This document shows, in pieces, positions 1-12,204 of a DNA stretch of 64,000 nucleotides. Both the position numbers and the translations under genes were made by a program. The stretch's first letter is position 1, and each line of letters opens with the position of its first letter. The stretch comes from Takakia lepidozioides (taxonomy: Eukaryota; Plantae; Bryophyta): positions 248,001 to 312,000 of the forward strand of contig CM060732.1 in the NCBI GenBank assembly GCA_030704615.1, given 5' to 3'. The notes beneath the pieces are model-generated. The model saw only the letters and a list, made by a program, of their open reading frames with translations. It was not told the DNA's origin and ran no database searches.

Positions 1-117
1 GGGCTGGGCAAAGGATCATGCAGGAAGAAGAAAGGGTATGTCAGCATGGAAAGGACGTGCGGCTCATTCCAACAGAAAGGGGAACATTCGTGCAGTTAAG
101 AACAACAACCAATTGCC

Positions 118-2150
118 CCTGCCTAACTTCATTTTCATCAGACAATCTCATGGCAACAGACATGGCCTCAGACACTACAGCCTCTAAGGCAGATTTATCC
201 AGCAGGGTCAAGACTTGCGGATCCAGGTCCAGGTCCCTGAGAATCTTTTCTACTCTCTTCTGCCAGGACTTAGCCTGTTTGACAGGGCGGTCCTGTTTCC
301 AAGATATAGAGTCAATCAACTTAGGATATCTGGTGTTGGGCATATGTTGCAGCTGACCCCACCATCTAACCTTGAATTCATCTCGTCGGGAGCTTAAGGA
401 TGGAATGCCAAACTCACCCCGAACAGCCACATTGGCTGTTTTGGAGCATGCTGACATACACTCCTTAAGCACCCCCACTTGAATGGATTCTAGAGACTTA
501 GCCTGGTTGGAGTTATCAACCCATATAGCAGATCCGTACTCCAAGGCAGGTCTAATAACGCGACAAAGCATGGTTTTCTTAACCTCAAAGATGACCCCTC
601 TGCAGTGGAAAAATTTAGTGAGCCCCAGAGCTTTGCCCTTGCCAGTTCGAACAACTTTCCGGATATGTGCATCCCAATTACAATTGGAGGAAAACTCAAC
701 GCCCAGGTAAGTGTAGGAAGGGAGGACCGGGATCTCTTGGCTACCCCACTGCCACTTAAGATCACTTCCTCCCTCTCCTCTGTCGTTGAATGCTACCACT
801 GCACATTTGCTGACATTAGCCTCTAGCCCCCAAAGATCAAAGTATCTCTTCGCGCAATTAATCAACTCCTGAGTGTGATGCCACGGTAGTTCCCCGGTTC
901 TTCTCTGTCACCCTTCTTGTATAGACTGACAATGACCCCCTGTCGCCAGCGAAAGGGGATCATTTCAGTCTTCCAGATAAGGTTAAAGAGGAGAACTAGG
1001 GCCTCTATCATGGGATCGCCACCATGCTTGATAAGCTCGTTGACAATACCATCAGGTCCACCAGCTTTATATCCATTTAAATGTTCAATTGCTTCCACAA
1101 TCTCAGAAGGACTAATGGGAGCGTTATAAGCCATTGAAATATACTCCAGTTCATCAGGGCTGTTTTGAATCATAGGAACAATTTTTCCAACTGTGTCCCT
1201 CCATTCAGTAGAAGACCCCTCACTGTTAGACCTAGAAGTTCTGCCAAGGATACTGTAGTGATTTTCAAAGGTTTTGACAATGTCAACCGATGAAGTCACC
1301 ACTGCACCTTTAGTAGTCTTCAGCGCTTGTACTTGCTGACCGTTTTTAGGCTTGTACAAACGTTGAAGGGCCAACCATAATTTCTTGTCATTACCACCAT
1401 GGTGGTTTGAGTTTATTTCACTGTATAACTTATCCCAGTATAATTTCTTCTGAGACCTAACAAGCTGATTGATATCTTTCCGGAGCTGATAGTACCTCGC
1501 CCACAATTCTCTGTTGGTTTTCAAATTGCAGCACTCTTTATAGAGGGCTCGTCCTCACCAAAAGGCCCAATGATATCGTCCTGATGGAGCCCTTTGCCCA
1601 CCCGGGCATTGAAGTCACCCAATAGCACTACCTGACCTTTGGCAAGGAACGAAGCACAGTCCAGCTTTACATCTTCGAAGGCTTTGTCTGCGTCAGCACT
1701 AAGGGTCCCCTCTGTGGGCATGTAAACACAACCCACAAAGAGGTCCTTCGTACTCATGCCGCCCTTCAGATTCAGTTTTAGCTAGATACTATGTTCATAC
1801 CTCAAACCCTTGTTGATAATTTCACAATTATCAAACAAGAAATCACGGACAAAGAATCCCCCTTTTTGACCGCGTTTGGCAGAGGCTGCCTTGAGAGTAC
1901 ACATCCTACCTGCCCATTTATAACCATTGACATCTCCAACCAGTTTATCCGAAGTTTCCCATGTTTCTTGCCCGGCACAGATATGAATATCATTAGTCCG
2001 AAGGACTTGTCCCACTTCGAGTTGTTTCCTTTGGTTAGTAAGCCCTGAGAAGTTGAAAGTGGCCAGCCGCAAGCCAGCCCTTTGCATGTGAATTGTTTGT
2101 CGTCTAGGTAGCTTGGGATTGCTCCTGGACGCCCAACCGTTCTGCAAAGG
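118..2150 (-). pseudogene. LINE ORF2 remnant (APE endonuclease + RT, probably RTE-X/L2-like), RT core deleted
   Basis: EN motifs RLATFNFSGL, ICAGQETW, GCVYMP, LLGDFNARVG. RT N-terminus KAGGPDGI...WRQGVIVSLYKKGD...NYRGITL joins directly at ~865 to the post-RT WGLEANVSKC...YTYLGVEF...IRPALEYGSAIW; no YADD motif. Frameshifts present. Confidence 0.92.
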
Positions 2151-2756
2151 GGGGACAGTTACCCCATGTGTAGATTTTGCTCGTCTTGTGTAAACTCTTG
2201 AGTACCAAATCCTTCAGATTCAGGACGTTCAGGTTCTGTACACTTAGGGGCATCTTGTCCCTCTGGCTGTTTGGATTCAATAAGGATGAGAATAGGCCTG
2301 ATACAGTGAGTACAACCATTGTGTCACGCCAATCATTATTAGGAAAGAAAATAGGCCTAATGTGCTCATTACCTCTGATGACTGGGATTCTTGATGCCCA
2401 TGTCCTCCTGTCATTGCTGCACAACAATCCGCCACCACACCCGCATATCATCACCGATCAGCCCAGGCCTGCCCCACATTCCCGCGCACTTACTTCATCC
2501 CCTTCGATTCCTGCCCTCTACATACATCACAACCTCAAACCTTCTCCCAAGTCAGTGCCCTCACCACATTCTGGTGCCCTCACCACATTGTCCTACCATG
2601 CCCTGTGGAGAGGAGGGGAGAGGAGAGGAGGAAAAAGAGAAAGCCCGCGGAAGGAAAGGCGAACGCGGGAGAGGAGGAGAAAGAAAAGAGAAAGCCGCGG
2701 GAGGTCAGGGGAGAAAGATCGTGGAGCGAAAAAAAAAAAAAAAACAAACATACAAA

Positions 2757-2825
2757 ACGACGATTCCACGATTTGATCCCGGGATGCATCGCGGCGGAAT
2801 CGCCATTCTTACCACTACACTAGCC
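2757..2825 (-). ncRNA. Degenerate tRNA-like (Pol III A/B box) sequence in TIR element subterminus
   Basis: Minus strand reads TAGTGTAGTGGTAAGAAT...CCCGGGATCAAATC, followed by a long T run (2729-2743). A full cloverleaf is not supported. Confidence 0.5.
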
Positions 2826-4079
2826 CTAAAAACTCAACAACCCCCTCCTGTAAAATTATATTTAAGGTGTTTTAAACCCCCCTCTGTATGTATAATGTTG
2901 TACATGGGGGGGTTTAAAATACCCCCTCCTGTGCACGCACGTGGCTGGTACATTTCATGAGGAGTGCACCCCCCGGGGCTGAATCACATATGAACTTTCG
3001 CACCCGTCACTAGAAGCATTCGTGTCTTTTCCGAATCGACTGCATGTCCGCGACCACTCCGGGAACCACTTGGTAGTAAACGGGACTACTGGAGAGTCGA
3101 AACAGACAATGTGGGCCCACAGGGGCATTTCAGACGGCGGACAGAAGTGGGGTCAACGACTCCGGAGTCGTAGCATAATTCCGGGCTATTTTACGAATTG
3201 CGTAAATACATAAAATTTGAAAAAACCAAAATTACAAGTGGTTGTAATTACTGCACATGCGACTACAAATTTCCTTTCCTAATTCGATTAATGGAGTAAA
3301 GATATTTATTCATTAAAGTGAATATGTAGTCGACTCAACGACTCCATGAACCACTGCGCATTCATTGCACCCATGATTCGGCAGCACATTTGCTGACGTG
3401 GCTTTCACAAAAAGAGGTAAACCAAATGTGGCCTTGGGGGAATAGATATTTTAATACGTGTTGCCTCCACCTGGCAGAGACAGGGATGCAAGTGCTTCGT
3501 CGGACATGGCGGGACGTGGGAATGCGAATCCTGACACGGCAAGGCCTTTGTATACTGTGAGTGCACGTAGTGGCTTCTCAGAAGGGTGTAACATCGGGGT
3601 CTTGGTCATTCAACATTTACAGAATGTGTTGGATGGAGGCACGATGGAGCGCGCATACGGGCATGCCCTTCTGGTATCAATTCCCAAGTATCCACGCAAG
3701 GTGAGGCTGCTGAATTGGGTTTTTGCCCGTCTAGTTTTCTGACAGCATGCTCGAAACGTTCTTAGTGCCATTGAGTGGCCTTGCAATAATTTGAGGTGTA
3801 GCTGCTTTCCAATTTCTTAAGTGATGAAGAAGGCGTCACAGAAGAAGATCGCAAAGACGTCAAGGCTGAAGGATATGCCCTTTGGTTTTGAACTACAATC
3901 ATACTGTAAATATAGGTTTGTTCACAAGACAGTACGGACCACATTCCGGGACATTATCGATACTATTAACTGTCTCGCCCTTGCGCGCTTGCAGGACTGT
4001 ACAAAATGGGTTCTAAGGACAGTAAGAGTCCTTAGCACAGCTCTCGTCTACGAGCTGCCAGCTTAATGGACACTGAGAT

Positions 4080-7000
4080 TCAGCTGGGCTCACTATCCGT
4101 ATCCAAAGAATCTTCCCCTTCACTGCCCATATCTGCAATTTGCCTTGCGGTAATTACCAACCCTGGAATGTCTTCCTCATTAAAGGTAACTGCTCCTTCC
4201 AAAGAGACTGGTTCGGCCGTATCTGGTAGATTTTGTGGTTCCCTCAGACCCTCGTGGTCGGCATTCTCCCCTAGGTCCAGATCATGGACGTCAGCCACGA
4301 CTCGTTTGGCCCAGGGGTCCTGTGAAGAACCACCTTCCATCCCGGCGCATGGGTGTCATCTGAAAAGAAAACTTGCTCAACTTGCGATGGGAAGATGAAT
4401 GGCTCTTCATCTTGTGGTAGCATTTTTCTGAAATCAGCAAGGAGGAACCCGTACTCATCCCGTTTCATGGTGACATTCTCTCCTACCATATTGGCTTTTA
4501 CCCAAGAATAACGGAATATAATTGGCTTCACAAGACCATAGTCTAGTTTAAGGATCTCTTTGATGACTCCTACATATTGCACAGGGCACGAAATTGGATT
4601 TCGATCTCGTGCACAGCTCCTACTCTCTTGTTCAAAAAATGATGTCACTCCGCTGTCATAAGTCACCAGGAGGCTGGTGTTGGCATCGTCCACTCTATAA
4701 TGATTGCCATATGCTTTCATTGACTGGTACGAAGTGGCAATCAGCCCTGGGGGGAATGACAGACTCACCATGCCCTCATATGGGTCCTCGTTCTCTGATG
4801 CGTACAGTGCAATTGCAGATCTGACCCACACTGTAAAGGGCTGCAGCTCCTCCATTGTTGTGGGGTACTCCACCGGGGATCTACGCCTATGACCGCCCCT
4901 CCGCCATGCTTTTGCAAATGCACTCCGTTCCGTTTTCAGGCGGACCTTCTCCGCTGCGTACTTTCTGGCAGAAACCAAATAGAAGCTGCAATTCAGTCCC
5001 CCTGACCAACACCGTACTGTACATTTCAAGCACACTGTAGTGATGCAGCCTACTTCATAATCACTTGCAAGCAACAACACCAACTACGAAACACCCTCTG
5101 TAGTTGTCTGAAGCACCCTGTTAGTACACGATCCCACTCCCATAGTGGCCGGAATGACTTGTGACAATATATATGTAATTACTGCATACAAAGACCATTA
5201 AGAATAGCACAGGAGGGATGTAAGTTTACACCCACTGTCTCCATGGTGTCATGGTTGTTGTGTTGTTCAGCACATAATCATGTGCCACATCCCGAAGGCG
5301 CGGGCTCATGGCACGCTTTGTTCCACCACCTTCTAGGACCTCGCCTACAACTTCTTCCTCGTTCTCGTCCCACACCCGTCGTTGTGTTGCATCAAATGAA
5401 GACATATACTTTGTCATGAAGCCCAGGGCTTCGTCGCGGATGTAGCCCTCTGCCATACTCCCCTCTGGCCGTGCCATATTGCGTACATACCCCTTCAGAT
5501 CCTTCATGTACCTCTCCATGGGGTACATCCAACAGCTGGCTACGGGCCCACACACATGCAGCTCCTCTACAAGATGCACTAGCAAGTGCGTCATGACGTC
5601 AAAGAATGATGGAGGGAATTCTTTCTCCAGCAAACATAGGGTCATAGCCACATCCTCATGCAACGATGTAATGTCCCTCGGATCCCACACCTTCGCACAA
5701 ATCTTCCTAAACACTCGACTTACACGCATTATGGCTGTTCGAGGACCCGGCGCCATCGTACCCCGAATGCACACTGGCAAAATCTGCTGCATCATCACAT
5801 GTAGATCATGTGACTTCATCCCCGACCATTTCTTGTTTATGGCATGCTTTTGGAAAGCACCCAAGAATCCGGTTGGCACTTTCATGGCTCCCAATGTCTT
5901 CAAAAAATGCTCTTGCTCTGATTTGGTCAGGACGTATGATGCTGCTGGCATGAGCACTTTGCGAGGTCTATTTGGATCAGGCCTTAGCCACAGATGTGAT
6001 CGTATCCCTTCAATCTCCATGTCATTTTGTACGTTTATCGTATCCTTCTCCCCAAAGATAGTCTTCAGAATGTTCTCGCAGAAGTTCTTCTCACAATGCA
6101 TGGGGTCCAGGAGGTACCGCTGCAAGAGGTTCTGAAATGCCAGATGTCCTCCCATAAGACCAAGTTCTATGGGCAAAAATAGTAGAATATGTGGCAGAAG
6201 TTGTCCATGTTACTGTATTCTGCTTTCAACAACTGCACGATCCTCTCCACAGTGAGGTGTACGACTTCAATATCTACTGCATAGTAGTTACACTGACTTA
6301 GGAGTTGGTGGAAGGACTCTTGACAGTAAAGGTAATTCCAGGAAGCACAATGTGAAAGAAAGTGAGTGAATGGGGGGGGGGGGATTCATGCACCTTCCAG
6401 TATGGCAAATCCCAAAGGATTGTCCGGCGCTTCACCCCGTGCTCCATGGCTGGATCCGCACTACTTCCTTCTCTCCCTCCAATCTCCATGAACGCCTCTT
6501 TCTCCTTTGCAAATTGCAATGTATCCTCTAGTGTCACAGCATTTGGTGCCATTCTCTTTTCAACACATCCATTGAAGTGTCTTCCTGTTCGTCGGTAGGG
6601 GTGGTTTCTTGCAAGGTAACGTCGATGCCCCATGTATATTGTCTTCCCCAATGGCTTTGAGTGCCGTGAATCCACATAGGGCCCACAAATGGGGCACCCT
6701 TTGTAGCCCTTTGTCTTGCAACCCGCAACAAGGCCATATGCGGGGAAATCGTGGATTGACCACATGAGTATGGCACGGAGGGTGAAACTCCGTTGCCCTA
6801 CTGGTTTCAAAATGTCGTAAGCTTCAACTCCAATCCATAGTTCATGTTGCTCTTCAATCAATGGTTGTAAATACACATCTATGTTTGCATTTGTCACGGA
6901 CTCCTTGCCTGGAATCAAGAGAGACAACATGACAAAGAATTTCTTTGTTGTCAACCATGGGGCAGGTTGTATGCCACCAACTGCACGGGCCATGTGGACC

Positions 7001-8051
7001 ATGTGTAGCTCTTTGATCCGTATGGGTTTACTCCAACCGTAGATACAGCCAATCGCACATTGCGTGGGTCCTCGGCGAAATCGGGCCAAGTTGCATCTAT
7101 ATGCTTCCATGCAAGGGAATCTGGGACATGCCTTACCAAACCATCGTTTGAGGCATTCCTAGAATACCAAGTCATGAGCTCACTAATGGTCTTGCATTTG
7201 TACATTCGTAATAGACGGGGGATAAGGGGAAAGTGCCTCAACACCTTGGCTGGCTGTTGTAACCTGCCCACATCATGGTATTGGGTTGCACCGCATTTGG
7301 GGCACTCCATAGCGTCCTTGTACTCTCTTCTAAAAAGTACATGTCCTTTTGGACATGCATGTATTTTCACGTAGTTGAGGCCAAGCTTCCCAATCATTTT
7401 GTTGGCCATGTGACAGCTTTTTGGCATTTCATTTGGTTGTGGAAGCAAGTTCAGCCGAAGCAAAGAGAACAACTCGTCCACAAAATGGTCTGAGACACCG
7501 TGGGTTGTGCACAGGTTCATCAACAGCATGGTGGCAGCAAGCTTTGTGGATTTGCATCCCTCCTACAGTGGCACACATGCTTCTTCTAGTGTCATGTGTG
7601 CTGAATTCTCATCTCCATCTCCACCTCCTTCCACGCCTTCCCCCACGTGAATGCCTTCATTTCCTGCGTCATCACCATCCCCAGTTGTCGCAGCGCCGTC
7701 CCCCTCTTCAGCATCGTCCATGATGTGGAATGCTTCCTGCAACATTCGAGTAATCTCCACCCCTCCGTCCATGCCTGGTTCATGTCCTGCGCCCATGACA
7801 TAGTCCTCGTCTGGCCTGTCTGTATGGCTCCCACGGGGGTGTGCATTGTCCAATTGTGCCCACTTCTCATCGTCTTCGTATGCAGGTCCATCTCCAATCC
7901 ACACCCGAAATGCTTCATGTCTTTTGTGGTGAAGGAGATGTGTGCGCACACCGTCCTCAGATCTACTTGTAGTGCCCAAACAACGTTCACATGGGCATGG
8001 CATCCTTGAAAGCCCAAGGGGTCGGGCACGTGCCACTTCTCTTTCCCACAA
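4080..8051 (-). pseudogene. CACTA TnpD/Tnp2 transposase (multi-exon, frameshifted)
   Basis: Domain order: transposase-associated (MPCPCERC), Transposase_21 (KIHACPKG, LRHFPLIPRL, DPRNVRLA, STWPV, HDFPAYG), DUF4218-like (DPMHCEKN, MKSHDLH, FPPSFFDVMTH, WMYPMERYM, PEGSMAEGY), DUF4216-like (EPFIFPSQVEQVFF, WKVV). GT-AG introns near 6120-6390 and 4980-5230. Confidence 0.95.
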
Positions 8052-10339
8052 CCTATCATATCAGATGTTCTGTCTGCAGGGGTGATTAATTGGAAGTCCT
8101 CCGCATGGGCGAGGGGAACTCATTTTTGTTGGGGAGCCTCTTCAATGTAGTTTGTGCACTCCATTGCAGAGGGCCGGATTCTCCTTTGCAGAGACTCCTC
8201 AATTTGGCTCTGCCACTCCCATTTCACTACCGTCAATTCCCTCCTCCTGCAATCTCAATTTGAAAGGTTCAGCCGCACATCCTTTGGCAGAGAAGACAGT
8301 TGACATTTTATACCAACTGGTAGATTCCAGAACATGATGGAAAGTTACACTCAACAGCAAACCATTTAAAAGCCATCAAGATGCTTCCCATCATAACTAG
8401 AATCTTTTCAACAAGACACTGAGAGAAATGACCAAAATCGACTCAAACAACGACATCCTAGAAAACCACCTGTCTCTACAGTTCATGTGTGTGTGAGGAA
8501 TCGGAGGACGTACGTGGAATTTCAATTTTCACGATTCAGGACGTTGTGATCTTGGGCATATGGTTGAATGTGTATGAAATGTGTGCATTGAAGTGTGAAC
8601 AACCCGACTACAAGGCCACAACCTGCACCACTTGTCTTAGGCCATAATGAGTGAACTCCACTCATCGGCGGTCATCGTCTGCACAATTTCCAGTTGCATC
8701 GATTCGTCTCTCAAAATCACATTACGATCAAAAGATTGTAGCAGGGGGTAGTTCGCCCAATGCCACCCTCAGCAGAAGAGCGAGACACATTGAGGAATCA
8801 TGTATTGGAAGGTCGAATTCCATCACGGATTCGGCCGCGATCTCCAAATCACGTTTCGACGGACAATCCTGTTCCGTTGCCTTGAAATTGCACCGTGGCG
8901 AGAAGGGAGTCCATTTGTGTGGCTCTATCACCATGGCGGGAAGGGGAGCATGTTAAGAATGGAGCATTGCCTTGCCACTTCACTCATTTGCAGTTTGCAG
9001 CTTCTTCCACCATCTTTCTTACTTAATTGTGATTCTTGCAATGTTGCCCTTGAGACGGCAACTACAAGTGACCGGATCCTTTGACCGTCGCCTTCAAAGA
9101 CACTTATGTGTAGCAGATCGCAGACCCCCAAATGCCTGGAGAGAAAGCCAGACGGCAGTCAATGCATGCACGGTTGTTTTGCACTGGTTGGGACGGAGTG
9201 GAGTGCAGAGGAGGCGTGTTGTGCCGGAGTTCGCATGCCTAGCATCCTGCAGCCGGTGGCTTTGCACGTTGGGCAGCAGTACCCTCTGCTATATGATTAC
9301 CATTTGTGGTACAGATTCACCGGCCTCCCCTGTCCACTTGGGTCTTGGGACAGTGACTTATGGAGTATGTAGACAGAGTTGCATGTCGCGCAGGTGAACC
9401 AAAATCTCCCATGCAATTCTCCTTCCATTTCTCATTCATGCTTGCATGTGATCCACGGGGTAATTTCCATGTTCTCCCAGCTGATGTGGGTTCGCAAATT
9501 CTCGGTGTGCAGGTGTGTGTGTGAGGACCTCAACCTGGCATGGTGCGATGGGTGTCAAATGGACCCTTCTCTACGATGGGAGAACCACTACAGTTGAGTT
9601 TGTTTTTGCTGAATCATTTGGCAGAACACTGTGTTCACTTCTCACACATCATGCGCATTTTCTCCAAGAATGCATGTAAAGCGGAGCCATACACGGCATC
9701 ATTGCAGTGTGTTTCCTTCGCCTAATTTTGAACGAAATAAAGTTAACGGATCCATGTCAGTTGTGTGAATCACTACATCTAGTTGTCTGGAGGATTGTAA
9801 GTGGTTATTTTGAAACGTCTCAAAGTTGAAAAGGCCATAGTGTCGGATGCACAACACGTGTTCCTATTTGAAATCAACAACGGCCGGATCTTCACTACAG
9901 ATCGGGGGGGTGTGTGATCACACTCCCCTCCTTGTCCTTCTTTCCTCCTTTGCATGTCTTGGTCTTCCTCGCTCGTCTTTGTCTTGGTCATGGTCTATGT
10001 CCTCGCTCGTCTTCATCTTTGTCATGGTCTATGTCCACGCCTAGTAAGAAGCGCTCGACCGCCGAGGCAACATCACCTCCTCCCAATTCTGCACATTCCA
10101 GCCCCGCGGTGCGAAGGAGCCCCCGCCTGGCTCGACTGAATCCGCAAAAGATGGCCTCGGTGCGAGAGGGAAGGCGGCACGGTGGGCGGTCTTCGAGTTC
10201 GGATTCTGACACAAGCGAGTATAGCATGGGCGACGACGATGACGTGGAGGACAGTTCGGCGGAAACTGCACCTCCATCTGCAGAGTCTCTCCAAAAGGTG
10301 CGCAAACGGCACAAACCCGCTGCGCATGAGGTGAGTTCT

Positions 10340-11930
10340 ACCCCTACTTGTGTTCATGTTTTCTGGGCGTTGAGTTCTCCTCAAACTGAAACTGGGATGC
10401 ACATATCCATAAAGTTGTTCAAACAGGAAGGGCAAAGCGCCGAGTCTCACTAAATTCTTCTCGTATAGAGGGATTAACTTTGAGGTCAAGAAAACCTTGC
10501 TTTGTCGCGTCATTGGACTTGCCTTGTAGTACACATTTGCTATATGGGTTGATAACTCCAACGAGGCTAGGTCTGCAGAATCCTTCCAAGTGGGGGTGCT
10601 TAAGGAGTGGATGTCCGCATGCTCCAAAACAGCCAATGTGGCTGTTCGGGGTGGGTGTGGCATCCCTTCCTTAAGCTCTTGCGGAGATTAATTGAAGGTG
10701 AGATGGTGGAGTCTGTTGCAACACATGTCTTCACACCAGAGATCGTAGGTTAATCGACTCTATATCTTGGAAACAGAACCGTCGAGCCAAACAGGCCAAG
10801 TCTTGGCAGAAGACAGTAGAATTGACTCTCAAGGATCTGAATGTGGACCCACACATCTTCATCCTGCTGGATAAATGCGACTTAGAGACTGTAGTGTCCA
10901 CGGAAGTGAGTGCTACCAGAGAAAATGTATAATGAAAATGAAGTTAGGCAGAAAACATCCTTGAACATGTTTTCAATCTGTGACATGGGGGAGGACATCG
11001 TGGAAAAACCGAAGGGTCTACCACTGTGTGCAGAGGGACTAATTTTAAGGTCAAGGAAATGTTGCTTTGTCACGTCATTGCACCTGCGTTGGAGTACGCA
11101 TTTGCTATATGCGTTGATAACTCCAACAAGGCTAGGTCTGCAGTATCCTTCCAAGTGGGGGTGCTTAAGGAGTGGATGTCCGCATGCTCCAAAATAGCCA
11201 CTATGGCTGTTCATGGTGAGTTTGGCATCCCTTCGTTAATCGGAAGTGGTGGGAATAGCTGGTGAGATGGTGGAGTCTATTGCAGCACATGTCTTTACAC
11301 CAGATATCGTAAGTTAATCGACTCTATATCTTGGAAATAGGACCGCCCAGCCAAACAGGCCAAGTCCTGCCATAAGAGACTAGACGAGACTCTCAATGAT
11401 CTGAATGTGGACCGTCAAGTCTTGACCTTGCTGGAACCATGTGACTTAGAGACTGTAGTGTCCAAAGCCATGTGTGCTGCCACAAAATTGTGTTCTGACA
11501 AAGAAGTTAGGCATAAAAAATCCATGAACCTGTTTCTAGATTGTGACATGGGGGAGGACATCCTGGATGACCTGAAGGGTCTACCCACTGTGTGCACCAG
11601 ACTGAAATTGTGGATTTGGTGATGAAGCCTACCTTTGGACAGCAAACAGAAGCTAAGAGGGATGAGAGAGTGCTATTGCCCGTTCTATGGGCTCCACAAA
11701 CACAATATTCATTGTTTGATTCACTGCCCGGGGTGCTATCACCAGACAGACCACCGGATATCCAAGCTATCAATTGAATTGTGTCTGCACCTGTGTTTAC
11801 CAACATTGAGAGTCTTTAGGCCTTTTGGGACTCCGTTGCTGGGCAAGCACATACAGCCAGCACATGATTGTGTGAATAGATGTCCACTGGATATGTGGAA
11901 AACCCGGATGGATGTTCTGTTTCTTGGTAA
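10340..11930 (+). pseudogene. Tandem degenerate fragments of the LINE RT C-terminal region inside the CACTA
   Basis: Two to three diverged, staggered copies homologous to 118-720 and 38240-39170 (MLLCHVIAPALEYAFAICVDNSNKARS, QVGVLKEWMSACSK, DMGEDILDDLKGLPT). Confidence 0.85.
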
Positions 11931-12204
11931 GTTTCATGTGGTACTGATGTGAACCCGCCCACATTCTGCTTCTTCACCAATGAATGGCCTTACATGTTAT
12001 GAGGACATTTTGTCCCTCTCATTTTCATTTTTTGGCACTTGCGCTGCAGGGGAGTGGGTTTGAGGTCTGCTGTTTATGGTTGTGGTTGTGGGATGGTTTG
12101 TGCTCTGGTGACGTTGTGTTCAGTAGGACTACAGCTGATGCAACTTGTGTGTGGGATGTTTTTGGCAACGGAAGGGGAGTGAAGCTGCAGCAAAGCACTC
12201 ACAG

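Larger units (their letters stand above)
1..2977. mobile_element. Right-hand part of non-autonomous TIR DNA transposon (CCCGGGGGGTGCACTC family), copy 1
   Basis: Ends GAGTGCACCCCCCGGG (2962-2977), the exact reverse complement of the left TIR at 35544. Near-identical to ~37870-40715 apart from internal deletions. Left end lies outside the window. Confidence 0.9.

Noticed and set aside
2757-2825. Functional tRNA gene
   Set aside because: Acceptor and T stems do not pair convincingly; kept only as tRNA-like.
8650-9600. Possible captured exons in the CACTA spacer
   Set aside because: No recognisable motif or paralog in the window.
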